A stretch of DNA of 51,081 bases from Myxococcales bacterium (GCA_036393595.1 DASWGQ010000053.1:1-51081), one strand, 5' to 3'. Shown: positions 31,664 to 41,265, numbered from the stretch's first letter. A program made the numbers and translations. The notes: a model not told the origin generated them from the letters alone.

Positions 31664-32320
31664 ATGTCGCGGATCCTCGAGGTCGGGCCAGGCGCGGTGT
31701 CCGACGTGGAGTTGGTCGCCGCGGTGCTCGCGGGCACCGGCCGGCGCGAGCGGCCCGAGGCCGTCGCCGCGCGCCTGCTCGAGGGCGGGCTCTTGCGGCT
31801 GCGGCGCATGCCGCCGTGCGAGGTGCTGCACGAGGCGCGCGTGCGCGCCGCGCAAGCCGCCCGGCTGGTCGCCGCGCTCGAGCTGGGGCGCCGGGCGATG
31901 GCGGCCGAGCAGCGCGAGCGGGAGCGGTTCCTCTCGCCCGACCTGATCGCTGCGCGGCTCTGGCCGCTCCTCGCCGACCTTTCGCACGAGGAGTTCTGGG
32001 CGTTCCTCATGACGGCGCGCATGGAGGAGGTCCGCTGCGTGCGCGTCGCCTCCGGCGGGCTCACCCAGTGCTCGGTGCTCCCGCGGGAGGCGTTCGCGCC
32101 CGCGCTGGTTCACGCCGCGCCCTGCGTCGCTTTCGCCCACAACCACCCGTCGGGCGACCCGACGCCCTCGTCCGACGACCACCGCCTCCAGCTGATGCTG
32201 GACGAGGCCGGGCGGGCGCTCGGCGTCCGCGTGGTCGATCACCTGGTCATCGCCGCCGACGGGTTCCACAGCGCCCGCACCGGGGCGGGGGCGCCGCCGC
32301 GGCAGCGGGCCGTGGCATAA
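31664..32320 (+). CDS. radC: RadC-family JAB/MPN domain protein
   Basis: The internal ATG at 31664 gives MSRILEVGPGAVSDVELVAAVLAGTG... The JAMM motif context is FAHNHPSGDPTPSSDD. Confidence 0.8.
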   Translation: MSRILEVGPGAVSDVELVAAVLAGTGRRERPEAVAARLLEGGLLRLRRMPPCEVLHEARVRAAQAARLVAALELGRRAMAAEQRERERFLSPDLIAARLWPLLADLSHEEFWAFLMTARMEEVRCVRVASGGLTQCSVLPREAFAPALVHAAPCVAFAHNHPSGDPTPSSDDHRLQLMLDEAGRALGVRVVDHLVIAADGFHSARTGAGAPPRQRAVA

Positions 32321-32329
32321 GGGGGGAAC

Positions 32330-34474
32330 ATGCAGGACGTTCGCGAGGCCCTGTCCACTCACTTCGGCTACCACGGGTTCCGGCCGGGCCAGGAGGCGAT
32401 CATCCGCTCCGTGCTCTCCGGGCGTCCGACACTGGCCATCCTGCCCACGGGCGGCGGGAAGAGCCTCTGCTTCCAGCTCCCTGCCCTGCTGCTCGAGGGC
32501 ACCACCGTGGTGGCTTCGCCGCTCTTGGCCCTGATGAAGGACCAGGTCGACGCGCTGGCCGCCCGCGGCATCGCCGCCACCTTCGTGAACAGCTCGCTCT
32601 CGGAGGCGGAGCGGAAGGAGCGCCAGGCGCGGATCCGCGCCGGGGCCTACCGCCTGGTGTACGTCGCGCCCGAGCGGTTCCGGTCGAGCTCCTTCCGGGA
32701 GGCGATCGCGCAGGTGCGCGTCCCGCTCTTCGCCATCGACGAGGCCCACTGCATCTCGTCCTGGGGACACGATTTCCGGCCCGACTACCTCAAGCTCGCC
32801 GAGGCCTGCGGGCACCTGCGCGCCGAGCGCATCCTGGCGCTCACCGCCACCGCCACGCCCGAGGTGCGCAAGGACATTGCTCGGGCGCTCGGCCTCGACG
32901 ACCCGCAGGTGTTCGTCGCCGGCTTCGACCGGCCCAACCTCTTCGTCGAGGTGGCGCGCGCCTCCGGCGACCAGGAGAAGGTCGGCCGCATCGTCGCGCT
33001 CGCGCGGCGGGGAGGTCCCGGCCTCGTGTACGCCGCCACCCGGCGCAACGTGGAGAAGGTGGTCCTGGCGCTGCGCGCGAACGGCGTGGATGCGGCCGGG
33101 TACCACGCCGGCATGGACGACGCGGAGCGCAGCGCGGCGCAGGAGAGGTTCCTGCGCGGCGAGGTGGCCGTGGTGGTGGCGACCAACGCGTTCGGGATGG
33201 GCGTGGACAAGGCGGACATCCGGTTCGTCGCTCACTTCCACGTCCCGCGCTCGATCGAGGCCTACTACCAGGAGATCGGGCGCGCCGGCCGCGACGGCGC
33301 GGGGAGCCTCGCGCTGCTCCTCTTCAACTACGCCGACGTCATGCTGCAGAAGCGCATGATCGAAGGCTCGCGTCCGAAGGAGGAGACCGTCCGCAAGGTG
33401 TGGAACGCCGCGCGTGGTCTTCGCTCGGGCGGCGCCGCCCAGGTGGCGGTCATGTGCGGGATTCATCCCGCGGACGCGCAAGCGGCGCTCAAGCTGCTGG
33501 AGGCCGCCGGCCACCTGGCGCGGCGAGGACAGGACTTCTCCGTGCTCACGCCGGAGGTGGAGGAGCCCGCCGTCGACTTCGAGCTCGCCGCGATGCGCGT
33601 GACGCACGAGCGGCAGATGCTCGACCGCATGGTCCGCTTCTGCGACACCGAGGGCTGCCGCCGGCGGAACCTGCTGCGGTACTTCGGCGATCCCGATGCG
33701 CCCCGCTCCTGCCCGGCCTGCGACCGCTGCGTCGGAGAGCGCGCGCCGGCCGCCGAGGAGGTGTCGGTGGAGCGCGGCAGGAGAGCGCCGCGCGCCGCCC
33801 GGCCCGTCGAGATCCCGGAGGACATGGACGAGGGCGTGCTGGCAGCGCTCCGGGCCCTCCGCACCGAGATCGCGCGCGAGACCAGGGTGCCCCCCTACGT
33901 CGTCTTCCACGACGCGACCTTGCGCGAGCTGGCGAGCGCGCTTCCGCAGGACGAGCGCGGCTTCCTGGCCGTGAAAGGCGCCGGGCCCGGCCGCTGGCAG
34001 CGCTACGGCGAGCGCGTCCTGGCTGTGACCCGGAAGGGGCGGCGCGCGCCCGCCGCGGCGGCCGACGCGGCGGAGGAACCGCGGCGCGGCATGTCGCGCC
34101 CGCAGGCGGACGAGGAGCCTGCGCCAACACAGGCGTACGACGCCTTCGAAGTCCCGGCCCCGCCCGAACCGCCCGTGGCACGCGATCCCGCCGGCGCGGG
34201 CGAGTTGGAGACGGTCTGGCAGCTCTGCGCCGGGGGCGCGACCCTCGCGGAGATCGCCGAGCGCACCCGCATCGCCGCGCCGGACGTGGCTCGCCGGCTG
34301 TGCGAGCTTCGCCGCGCCGGGCGCAACCTCGACGTCGGGCGACTGCTGGGGCCCGACCGGGTCGACGCGATCCGGCTCGCCGCCCGCGGAACGAACGGCG
34401 ACGTGGCAGCCGTCCGGCGCCGGCTGCCGTTCACGGCGCCGTTGGCGGAGATCCGGCTCGCGCTCGAGGCGTAG
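32330..34474 (+). CDS. recQ: ATP-dependent DNA helicase RecQ (with HRDC and a C-terminal HTH-like extension)
   Basis: 714 aa. It contains FGYHGFRPGQ, Walker A PTGGGKS, DEAHCISSWGHDFRPDY, a Zn-binding Cys cluster (CRRRNLLRYFGD...CPACDRC), and an HRDC-like segment PPYVVFHDATLRELA. Confidence 0.93.
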   Translation: MQDVREALSTHFGYHGFRPGQEAIIRSVLSGRPTLAILPTGGGKSLCFQLPALLLEGTTVVASPLLALMKDQVDALAARGIAATFVNSSLSEAERKERQARIRAGAYRLVYVAPERFRSSSFREAIAQVRVPLFAIDEAHCISSWGHDFRPDYLKLAEACGHLRAERILALTATATPEVRKDIARALGLDDPQVFVAGFDRPNLFVEVARASGDQEKVGRIVALARRGGPGLVYAATRRNVEKVVLALRANGVDAAGYHAGMDDAERSAAQERFLRGEVAVVVATNAFGMGVDKADIRFVAHFHVPRSIEAYYQEIGRAGRDGAGSLALLLFNYADVMLQKRMIEGSRPKEETVRKVWNAARGLRSGGAAQVAVMCGIHPADAQAALKLLEAAGHLARRGQDFSVLTPEVEEPAVDFELAAMRVTHERQMLDRMVRFCDTEGCRRRNLLRYFGDPDAPRSCPACDRCVGERAPAAEEVSVERGRRAPRAARPVEIPEDMDEGVLAALRALRTEIARETRVPPYVVFHDATLRELASALPQDERGFLAVKGAGPGRWQRYGERVLAVTRKGRRAPAAAADAAEEPRRGMSRPQADEEPAPTQAYDAFEVPAPPEPPVARDPAGAGELETVWQLCAGGATLAEIAERTRIAAPDVARRLCELRRAGRNLDVGRLLGPDRVDAIRLAARGTNGDVAAVRRRLPFTAPLAEIRLALEA

Positions 34475-34594
34475 CGTTCCCCTTCCTGGGTGGCGCCGAG
34501 CCGGGCGGCCGGCGGCGCCGAGCGGTCCGAACGCGGTTGCCACCACGTCGGACCCCTGTGTTACCGTGCCGCGACTTTCACTGAAGAGGCACTC

Positions 34595-35056
34595 ATGGCG
34601 GGCAGCGGAGTCAACAAGGTCATCCTGGTCGGCAACCTGGGCAAGGATCCCGAGGTGCGGTACACGCCCGGGGGACAGGCGGTGGCGAACTTCAACATCG
34701 CCACCAACGAGAACTGGACCGACAAGGCGGGGCAGAAGCAGGAGCGCACCGAATGGCACCGCATCGTGGTGTGGGGCAAGCAGGCCGAGCTGTGCGGTGA
34801 GTACCTGAGCAAGGGCCGGCAGATCTATCTCGAGGGCCGGCTGCAGACGCGGGAGTGGACCAACAAGGAAGGCGTCAAGCAGTACACCACCGAGGTGGTC
34901 GCCAACCAGGTGGTCTTCCTCTCTGGCGGCGAGCGCGGTCAGGGCCGCGGCGCCTCTCGCGGCGGCGGCGGTCCGGACGAGCTCGGCGCTCCCCCGCCCG
35001 GGATGGACGAGGGCAGCACCAGCCCCAAGGCCGCCGAAGACGACATCCCGTTCTAG
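34595..35056 (+). CDS. ssb: Single-stranded DNA-binding protein
   Basis: The internal ATG at 34595 gives [27 protein letters not shown]... A Gly-rich linker follows, and the acidic tip is EDDIPF. Confidence 0.93.
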   Translation: MAGSGVNKVILVGNLGKDPEVRYTPGGQAVANFNIATNENWTDKAGQKQERTEWHRIVVWGKQAELCGEYLSKGRQIYLEGRLQTREWTNKEGVKQYTTEVVANQVVFLSGGERGQGRGASRGGGGPDELGAPPPGMDEGSTSPKAAEDDIPF

Positions 35057-35105
35057 GTGGCGCGCGTCGCGCCCGCTGGGCAGCGACGCGGCTCGAGGGG
35101 GAGAC

Positions 35106-37568
35106 CTACCCGCCGGGGCGGGCGTCGCGCGGCGTGCAGCGGGACGCCTCGGCCGTGCAGGCGGGCTGCGGTTGGGTGGCCGGGGCGGCGTGTCCGGCTG
35201 GCGCGCCCGGCGCGGAGCTCGCGGCACCGTTCCCGCGGGACGGCGCCCACGCGGGGTTGGGGATCACGGTCACCGGCCAGGCTGGATCGGCGGAGCCGAA
35301 CGACGCGTTCACGGCGGCCTGCGCCGGGCTCAGCGCCGCGGCGGCCGCCGAAGCCACGGGAGCCAGCGTCGTTGCCGTGATCGGGGTGGCGGGGCGCGGG
35401 AGCGCTGCGCCCGGCCGCTGCGCGACCTCGGCCGCCGCGGGCGATTGGGCCGCCGCCGCCGCCACCGGGTGCGGTGCTTCCTGCGACGCTGCCGGCGCCG
35501 GAGCAGCCTCGACGTGCCGCTCGAGAGCAGCCAGCCACGCCTGCGCCTGCGCCGCGTCCGCCCCGCGAGCCTCCTTCAGCACCCGGGCGAGCGCCGAGCG
35601 CGCGGGATCCGACTCCGCCGCGGTAAGGCCGATGGCGGCCAGCTCGACGGCGGCTTGCGCCTGCACGGCGGGGGCCGCCCGCAGCGCCGCGAACAGCTCG
35701 TCGCCCGACGCGTCCGCCACGTCCGCGAGCCCCTTGGAGAGGAGCGTCTCGAGCTGCTCGTCGTGCTGCGCGCCGCGCGCGAGCGGCGCCAGCGCCAGCA
35801 GGCGCGCGAGCGCCTCGGCGTTGCCGTCGACCGCCATGTCCAGGAGCGGCGACACGGCCGGCACCGGCAGGGACAGCTCGCGGCCGACGGCGCGGAGCTT
35901 CACGAAGAGGTCCGCCGACGGGAGCATCGCCTCCAAGAGCGCCCCGCCGCCCTGCTCGGGGTCGCTCCGCACCAGCGCATCGGCGACCACCACGCGCACC
36001 AGCGGATCGCGCTCGCTGCGGAGCGCGCTGCGCAGGAACGGGAGGTTCTTCTTGTCCCGGGACTGCGCCATGGCGGCGTAGGTCACCACCCGGGCGCGGA
36101 GCTCGGCCGGCGACAGGTCGGCCGGCGCCAGAACCGCCAGCACCTCCCTGTCCGGACCGCCGGACGAGGCCAGGATGCCACCCAGCCGGTCCACGCTCGA
36201 CACCACCGGAGCGCTCCGCCCGGACCAGTCGTTCACCAGGACCGAGAAGGCGAACCTCTCCCCACCCAGGCTCTGCACGAATCCGGAGAGCGCGGTCACC
36301 TTGTCGAGCGTCCCGGTCTTGGCGCGCAGCCGCCCGGCCGCGTCGGTGCCTTCCATCCGCAGCCGCATCGTGCCGTCGCGCGCGGCGATGCCGAGCGAGG
36401 AGACGAACTCCGCCGCCACCGGGAACCGCTTCCACACCGCGGTGAGCAGCGTGATCATCTGGTGCGCGGAGAAGCGGTTGGTGTCGTTGAGCCCGCTCCC
36501 GTTGCGGAGCTGGTACGAGCCGCGCGCGATGCCCAGCTCGGCGAGCAGCTCCTGCGTCACCTCGATGCCCTTCGGCCAGGTGCCGGGAGCGCCCTTCAGC
36601 TCCGCGCCCAGCGTCTTGACCAGCATCTCGGCGATGAAGTTCGAGGACGCCTTGTTCATGTCGCGCACGACGTCCGACAGCTCGTCGGAGTCGTACGAGG
36701 CGATGAGGGCGGCGGAGGCCGGGGCGGCGCCCAGCTTGACCCGCGCCCCCACGCGGATCCCGCGCTGCTTGAGCGCGAGGCGGAGCGTGTGGCCGAAGTA
36801 CATGGCCGGATGGGTCACGCGGCGGTAGAGCACCACCGGGTCGGCCTTCGCCGGCAGCCGGCCGTCGATCGCCACCCGCGTCCGCTCGCCCTCGGCGTAC
36901 GTGTGCGGCCGCAGCTTGCGCCGCGCGTCCTCGCGAACGGTGGTGACGTTGTTCTGCAGGACGAAGCAGTCGGCGTCCGGCTCGAGCTCCACGCGGGCGC
37001 GCTGACCCGGGCGGTCGCCCGGCGAGAGGTAGATGGCCACCGCGTTGTGGTTCAGCGAGAGCGCCCCGACCGGCGCCGCGTAAGCCTTGTCGCTGGTCTC
37101 CTGCTCCCAGCCCGGCCCCCACTTCTCCGCGTCGAAATAGGTATCGTCGAGGACGATCTCGCCCACCTGGCGGATGCCCCGGTGCCACAGGTCCGCGGCC
37201 AGCCCGTAGAGCCGCTCCGTGTTGAGGGTGGGGTCGCCGCGTCCCTTCACGTACAGGGTGTGGAGCTGCCCGCGGCGGTCCAGGGCGCGGTCCGCGAGAA
37301 AGTCGGTGGTGAAGCGGAAGTCGGGGCCCAGCCGGAGCAGCGCGGCCGCGGCCGTGACCAGCTTGGTGTTCGAAGCCGGATTCAGCTGGTCGTCGGCGCG
37401 ACGCGAGTAGACCACCGCACCGTCGTCGAGCGAAACCACCTCCACCGCCGCTCGCGCACCCGTGAGGGGCTGCTGCGACAGCAGGGCGTCGAAGGCGGTG
37501 CGCAACGCCTGCCGATCGGGGGGCGCCGCCGACGCGGTGTAGGCGGTGCACAGCGCGCACACCGCCAC
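35106..37568 (-). CDS. dacB: D-alanyl-D-alanine carboxypeptidase/endopeptidase (PBP4, S13 family) fused to a ~330-aa helical-repeat and Ala/Pro-rich C-terminal extension
   Basis: 820 aa from GTG 37568. The SxxK motif is in NPASNTKL, SxN is in RNGSGLN, and KTG is in RAKTGTL. After about residue 485 come HEAT-like strings (RSALRSERDPLVRVVVADALVRSDPEQG) and an Ala/Pro-rich tail. The true start is possibly upstream (see findings). Confidence 0.8.
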   Translation of the reverse strand: MAVCALCTAYTASAAPPDRQALRTAFDALLSQQPLTGARAAVEVVSLDDGAVVYSRRADDQLNPASNTKLVTAAAALLRLGPDFRFTTDFLADRALDRRGQLHTLYVKGRGDPTLNTERLYGLAADLWHRGIRQVGEIVLDDTYFDAEKWGPGWEQETSDKAYAAPVGALSLNHNAVAIYLSPGDRPGQRARVELEPDADCFVLQNNVTTVREDARRKLRPHTYAEGERTRVAIDGRLPAKADPVVLYRRVTHPAMYFGHTLRLALKQRGIRVGARVKLGAAPASAALIASYDSDELSDVVRDMNKASSNFIAEMLVKTLGAELKGAPGTWPKGIEVTQELLAELGIARGSYQLRNGSGLNDTNRFSAHQMITLLTAVWKRFPVAAEFVSSLGIAARDGTMRLRMEGTDAAGRLRAKTGTLDKVTALSGFVQSLGGERFAFSVLVNDWSGRSAPVVSSVDRLGGILASSGGPDREVLAVLAPADLSPAELRARVVTYAAMAQSRDKKNLPFLRSALRSERDPLVRVVVADALVRSDPEQGGGALLEAMLPSADLFVKLRAVGRELSLPVPAVSPLLDMAVDGNAEALARLLALAPLARGAQHDEQLETLLSKGLADVADASGDELFAALRAAPAVQAQAAVELAAIGLTAAESDPARSALARVLKEARGADAAQAQAWLAALERHVEAAPAPAASQEAPHPVAAAAAQSPAAAEVAQRPGAALPRPATPITATTLAPVASAAAAALSPAQAAVNASFGSADPAWPVTVIPNPAWAPSRGNGAASSAPGAPAGHAAPATQPQPACTAEASRCTPRDARPGG

Positions 37569-37774
37569 CGCGGAGAGAAGGATCCAATGCTGCAGCCGAG
37601 ACAGGGGGACCTCGCTTCGGCGGGCTCGCCGGCTTCTCGATCTCTACCAACCGCTTGCCCGCCCGGCAACGAAACGGCAGGCGTCGATTCCCTCGGGATG
37701 CGACCAACCAACAATCGGCTGGGCGGGCCCCTTCCTGAGTGCCGCGCGAGAGTGTTCCGTGTTAGGCAGCCGCC

Positions 37775-38911
37775 ATGGACTACGAGAAGCTCGCCGCGCG
37801 CTGCGTGATCGCCGGCATCCAGGGTCCCACACCCACCCCGGAGGAGCTGGATCTGGTCCGGCGGGGGATCGCGGGCGTGATCCTCTTCAAGCGCAACGTC
37901 GTCGACCCCGCCCAGGTCGCCGAGCTGTCGCGCGCGCTCAAGGCCGCCGCGCCCGGGCCGCTGCTCCTGTCCATCGACCAGGAAGGCGGCCGCGTGCAGC
38001 GGCTCCGCGCCCCGCACTGGACCGAGCTGCCCAGCATGCGGCGCATCGGTGAGCTGGACGCGGCCGGCGGCATCCCGGGAATGAACGGGACGGCCATCGC
38101 CGAGAAGCTGGGCCTGCTGATCGCCGAGGAGCTGTCGGCCTGCGGCATCGATCAGGACTACGCCCCGGTGCTCGACGTCGACACCAACCCGGACAACCCG
38201 GTGATCGGGGACCGCTCCTTCGGCCGCGACCCGGCGCGGGTGGCGCGTCTGGGCGTCGCGCTGGGCAAGGGCCTGGAGACGGGCAGGGTGGCGAGCTGCG
38301 GGAAGCACTTCCCCGGCCACGGCGATACCTCGCAGGACTCGCACCTCACGCTCCCGCGCCTCGCCCACGACCGCGAGCGGCTCTGGCAGGTGGAGCTGGT
38401 GCCGTTCGTGGCGGCGGCGCGCGCCGGCCTCGCCTCGGTGATGACCGCGCACATCCGGTTCGAGGCGTTCGACCGGCTGCCGGCCACCCTGTCTCCGGAG
38501 GCGATGAAGCTCCTCCGCAAGGACGTCGAGTTCCAGGGCGCGTGCATCTCCGACGATCTGGAGATGAAGGCCATCGCCGACACGTACGGGGTGGTGGACG
38601 GCGCCGAGGTGGCCATCGCCGCCGGCGTGGACGCGGTGCTCGTCTGCCACACGCTGAAGCTCCAGCACGATGCGATCGAGAGCATCGCGCGCGGCGCCGA
38701 CGCCGGTCCGCTGGCGCGCGAGCGCCTCGCGGAGGCGGCCGCCCGGATGGAGAAGCTGCTCCAGTTCGCCCGGCCCTCCTCGGCCGTCGAGCCTTCGCGC
38801 GCGGCAGCGCGCTGCGGAACCAAGGAGCACCGCGACTTCGTGGCCAAGCTGATGGCCGTTCCCGCCGTGGCGGCCCAGCACCGCGACCCCACCGAATGGC
38901 GCCGCGCCTGA
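37775..38911 (+). CDS. nagZ: Beta-N-acetylhexosaminidase (GH3)
   Basis: 378 aa, containing SIDQEGGRVQRL and KHFPGHGDTSQDSH. Confidence 0.88.
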   Translation: MDYEKLAARCVIAGIQGPTPTPEELDLVRRGIAGVILFKRNVVDPAQVAELSRALKAAAPGPLLLSIDQEGGRVQRLRAPHWTELPSMRRIGELDAAGGIPGMNGTAIAEKLGLLIAEELSACGIDQDYAPVLDVDTNPDNPVIGDRSFGRDPARVARLGVALGKGLETGRVASCGKHFPGHGDTSQDSHLTLPRLAHDRERLWQVELVPFVAAARAGLASVMTAHIRFEAFDRLPATLSPEAMKLLRKDVEFQGACISDDLEMKAIADTYGVVDGAEVAIAAGVDAVLVCHTLKLQHDAIESIARGADAGPLARERLAEAAARMEKLLQFARPSSAVEPSRAAARCGTKEHRDFVAKLMAVPAVAAQHRDPTEWRRA

Positions 38912-38940
38912 GCGAGCTGGAGCGCCCACGATCCGGGCCT

Positions 38941-39076
38941 CCAACCATTTCAGGGGAGCGCGGGAGAACAACGGGAGCGCGGGAGTTTTTTGGGATACGG
39001 CGATGCGCCCGATCGGAGCGAGCCAAAACCTCCCGCGCTCCCGTTTTTCTCCCGCGCTCCCTTGAAACGCTTTTGG
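38941..39076. repeat. Compound hairpin between the convergent nagZ and BatA-like genes: GGGAGCGCGGGAG x2, a loop, then CTCCCGCGCTCCC x2, with TTTCA/TGAAA flanks
   Basis: Read directly. The left copies are at 38954-38966 and 38973-38985 (19-nt period). Their exact reverse complements are at 39030-39042 and 39049-39061 (19-nt period). The outer flanks TTTCAGG and CTTGAAA, and TTTTGG/CCAAAA, also pair. Confidence 0.75.
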
Positions 39077-39081
39077 TCGCG

Positions 39082-41265
39082 CTAGCGGCGGGTGAGGGCG
39101 CCTTCGCCGAGCAGGGCCAGGACGCCGAGGAGGAGCAGGCTGCCCCACAGTGGGGTGCCGCGGGCGCCTTCGGCGGCCTGGGCGCTGGAGGCGACCTGGG
39201 CGCTGCCGGCGCCGCCCAGCTGCGCCTTCAGCTCGGCCTCGTCCACGCGGCGCAGATCGCTTTCTTTCGGGTCGAGCCGCGCGACGAACCCCAGCGCCGG
39301 CTCGACGCGCCCCACGCCCCCCGCGGGCTGCAGCTGCACCCGGTACAGGCCGGGCTCCAGCGCCTGGACCGAGACGGAGTCCTGCGCCTGCGGCGAGGCC
39401 TTCTCCCTCCGCAGCGGCAGCGGCGAGCCGCCGGGCCCGAGCACGGCGGCGATCCGCGTCCCCTGGGGGGCGATCACGGTCCGATCGTTCCCCACCTGCG
39501 AGGGCGGCGGCGCCTTCTCCTCGAGCGAGCCCGCCAGCCAGCTCACCGACTGCTGCAGCACGGGCAGGAAGCTCACGCGCACCGGCCAGTCGGTCCACGC
39601 GTGGGACACCGTACTGGTGTAGAGCAGCACGCGCCCCTGCCCGTGCTGCCCTTCGACCAGCGCGGGCGCGCCGTCGTCGTAGGAGAGCAGGGCGCGCGAA
39701 CCGCCCGAAGGATCGGGCCGGAGGAGCGCGTACTTGAAGGTGCGCGCCCCGAGGAGGCCCTCGCGGTCGGCGGCGGAGAAGACGTGGAAGAGCGGATGCG
39801 CCCACTCGACCACCCCGAACCGCGCCGCCTGATCGGTGAGGCGGGGATCTCCCTTGCGCTGCTCGCCGGCGGGATCGGCCGCGGTCTTGATCAGGTGCAG
39901 CGGCCGCGGCAGCAGATCGCCGAACGCGTCGTTGTACGCATCCGGGTCGACGTGATCTCCGAGCGAGATGAAGAGCCCCACCCCGCGGTGCGCCACCAGC
40001 GCGCGCAGCTTCTCGCTGAAGGACCTCGGCGGCGCGATCACGTCGAGCATCAGGATGACGTCGTACCCGTCGAGCGACGCGCCCTGCGCCGCCTCCGCGT
40101 CGAGCACGGTGGGCGCCACGCGGCCGCCGGTGCGCGCCGGCGCGAGCGCCGCCTCCACGAAGAACGCCTCGTCCCGGGTGCTGAGCGCCGAGGGCGCGCC
40201 GTCGACCACCAGGACGCGCAGGTCGCGGGGCACCTCGACGGTGAAGTCCTGCGCGTCGTCCTCGTCCAGCCCCTCTCCCTCCGCCCGGGCGATCTCCACC
40301 CGTCCCGCCACCGTTCCCGGCGGCAGCACCGCCCCCAAGGTCTTCTTCGCCGTGCCGTGCGCGGGCACGTCCACGAAGCCCTTGGCGAGCGTCTGCTGCC
40401 CGATGCGCAAGGCGACCGGCAGGCCGGACACGGCCGCCGCGGAATGGTTCGCGATGGTCGCGATCACCTCGTACCCGCGCGCCCCGATCGATGCGGCGGG
40501 CTGCACGGCCGTGGCGACCACCGCGGCGTTGGGCAGCTCGTTGCCCTGCGCCGCGTCCACCAGCACCACGTTGGGACGGATCGGCTGCGCCCCCGGCGGC
40601 GAGCCCGGCGGAGGCGGAACGAGCGGCGGGGGGGCGTCGAGCCGCAGCGAGTGGGCGGCGAGATCGGTGAAGGCGACGATGCGCTTCCCCGCCACCGGGC
40701 TCTCGCCCAGCGCGCGCGCAGCCGCCGCCATGCAGCCGGTCAGATCGGAGCCGAGATGGGTGGGCCTGGCGTCCTCGAGGAGGCGCCGGACCGCCACCCG
40801 ATCGAAGCTGGGGGCGGCCAGTGGCGCGGGATTGCCGGCGCAGAGCCCCACCGTCGCCGGCTCGTCGGGGCCCAGCCGCTCGAGCGCCGCGAGCGCCTCG
40901 CTCCGCGCCCGCGCGAAGAGCGTCTGCGAGCCGCGGCGGTAGCGCATCGACAGCGACGCGTCGATGACCAGGGCAGTCGCCTGCGGACCCCGCGACACCG
41001 CCGCCTGCGCGCCGCGCGGCTCGAGCGACGGGCGCGAAAGCGCCAGCGCCACGCCCGCGATCAGCAGGCAACGCAGCGCGAGCAGCAGGATCTGCCGGAG
41101 GCGCAGCCGCCGCACCCGGCGCTGCTGGGAACGGAGCACGAACTCGATCGCGCCGAAGGCGAGCGGACGCGGCCGACGCCGGTTGAAGAGGTGCACCAGG
41201 ATGGGCAGCGCCAGCGCGGCGAGGCCCCATAGGTAGACGGGATGCGCGAAGACGAGCCGGCCCAT
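39082..41265 (-). CDS. BatA-N-domain / vWA-domain membrane protein (Bat-like aerotolerance-operon family)
   Basis: 727 aa. The N-terminal double-TM BatA signature is FAHPVYLWGLAALALPILVHLFNRRR followed by a second TM. The MIDAS-like motif is VIDASLSM. A later region (LRVLVVDGAPS...YDVILMLDV...GVGLFISLGD) resembles the GATase1-like domain common in these proteins. Confidence 0.7.
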   Translation of the reverse strand: MGRLVFAHPVYLWGLAALALPILVHLFNRRRPRPLAFGAIEFVLRSQQRRVRRLRLRQILLLALRCLLIAGVALALSRPSLEPRGAQAAVSRGPQATALVIDASLSMRYRRGSQTLFARARSEALAALERLGPDEPATVGLCAGNPAPLAAPSFDRVAVRRLLEDARPTHLGSDLTGCMAAAARALGESPVAGKRIVAFTDLAAHSLRLDAPPPLVPPPPGSPPGAQPIRPNVVLVDAAQGNELPNAAVVATAVQPAASIGARGYEVIATIANHSAAAVSGLPVALRIGQQTLAKGFVDVPAHGTAKKTLGAVLPPGTVAGRVEIARAEGEGLDEDDAQDFTVEVPRDLRVLVVDGAPSALSTRDEAFFVEAALAPARTGGRVAPTVLDAEAAQGASLDGYDVILMLDVIAPPRSFSEKLRALVAHRGVGLFISLGDHVDPDAYNDAFGDLLPRPLHLIKTAADPAGEQRKGDPRLTDQAARFGVVEWAHPLFHVFSAADREGLLGARTFKYALLRPDPSGGSRALLSYDDGAPALVEGQHGQGRVLLYTSTVSHAWTDWPVRVSFLPVLQQSVSWLAGSLEEKAPPPSQVGNDRTVIAPQGTRIAAVLGPGGSPLPLRREKASPQAQDSVSVQALEPGLYRVQLQPAGGVGRVEPALGFVARLDPKESDLRRVDEAELKAQLGGAGSAQVASSAQAAEGARGTPLWGSLLLLGVLALLGEGALTRR

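Noticed and set aside
31664-35056. radC-recQ-ssb considered as part of a mobile element or defence island.
   Set aside because: No integrase, transposase, tRNA attachment site, direct repeats or compositional shift is present. The genes have host-like GC3 and are flanked by housekeeping genes (trxB and PBP4/nagZ).
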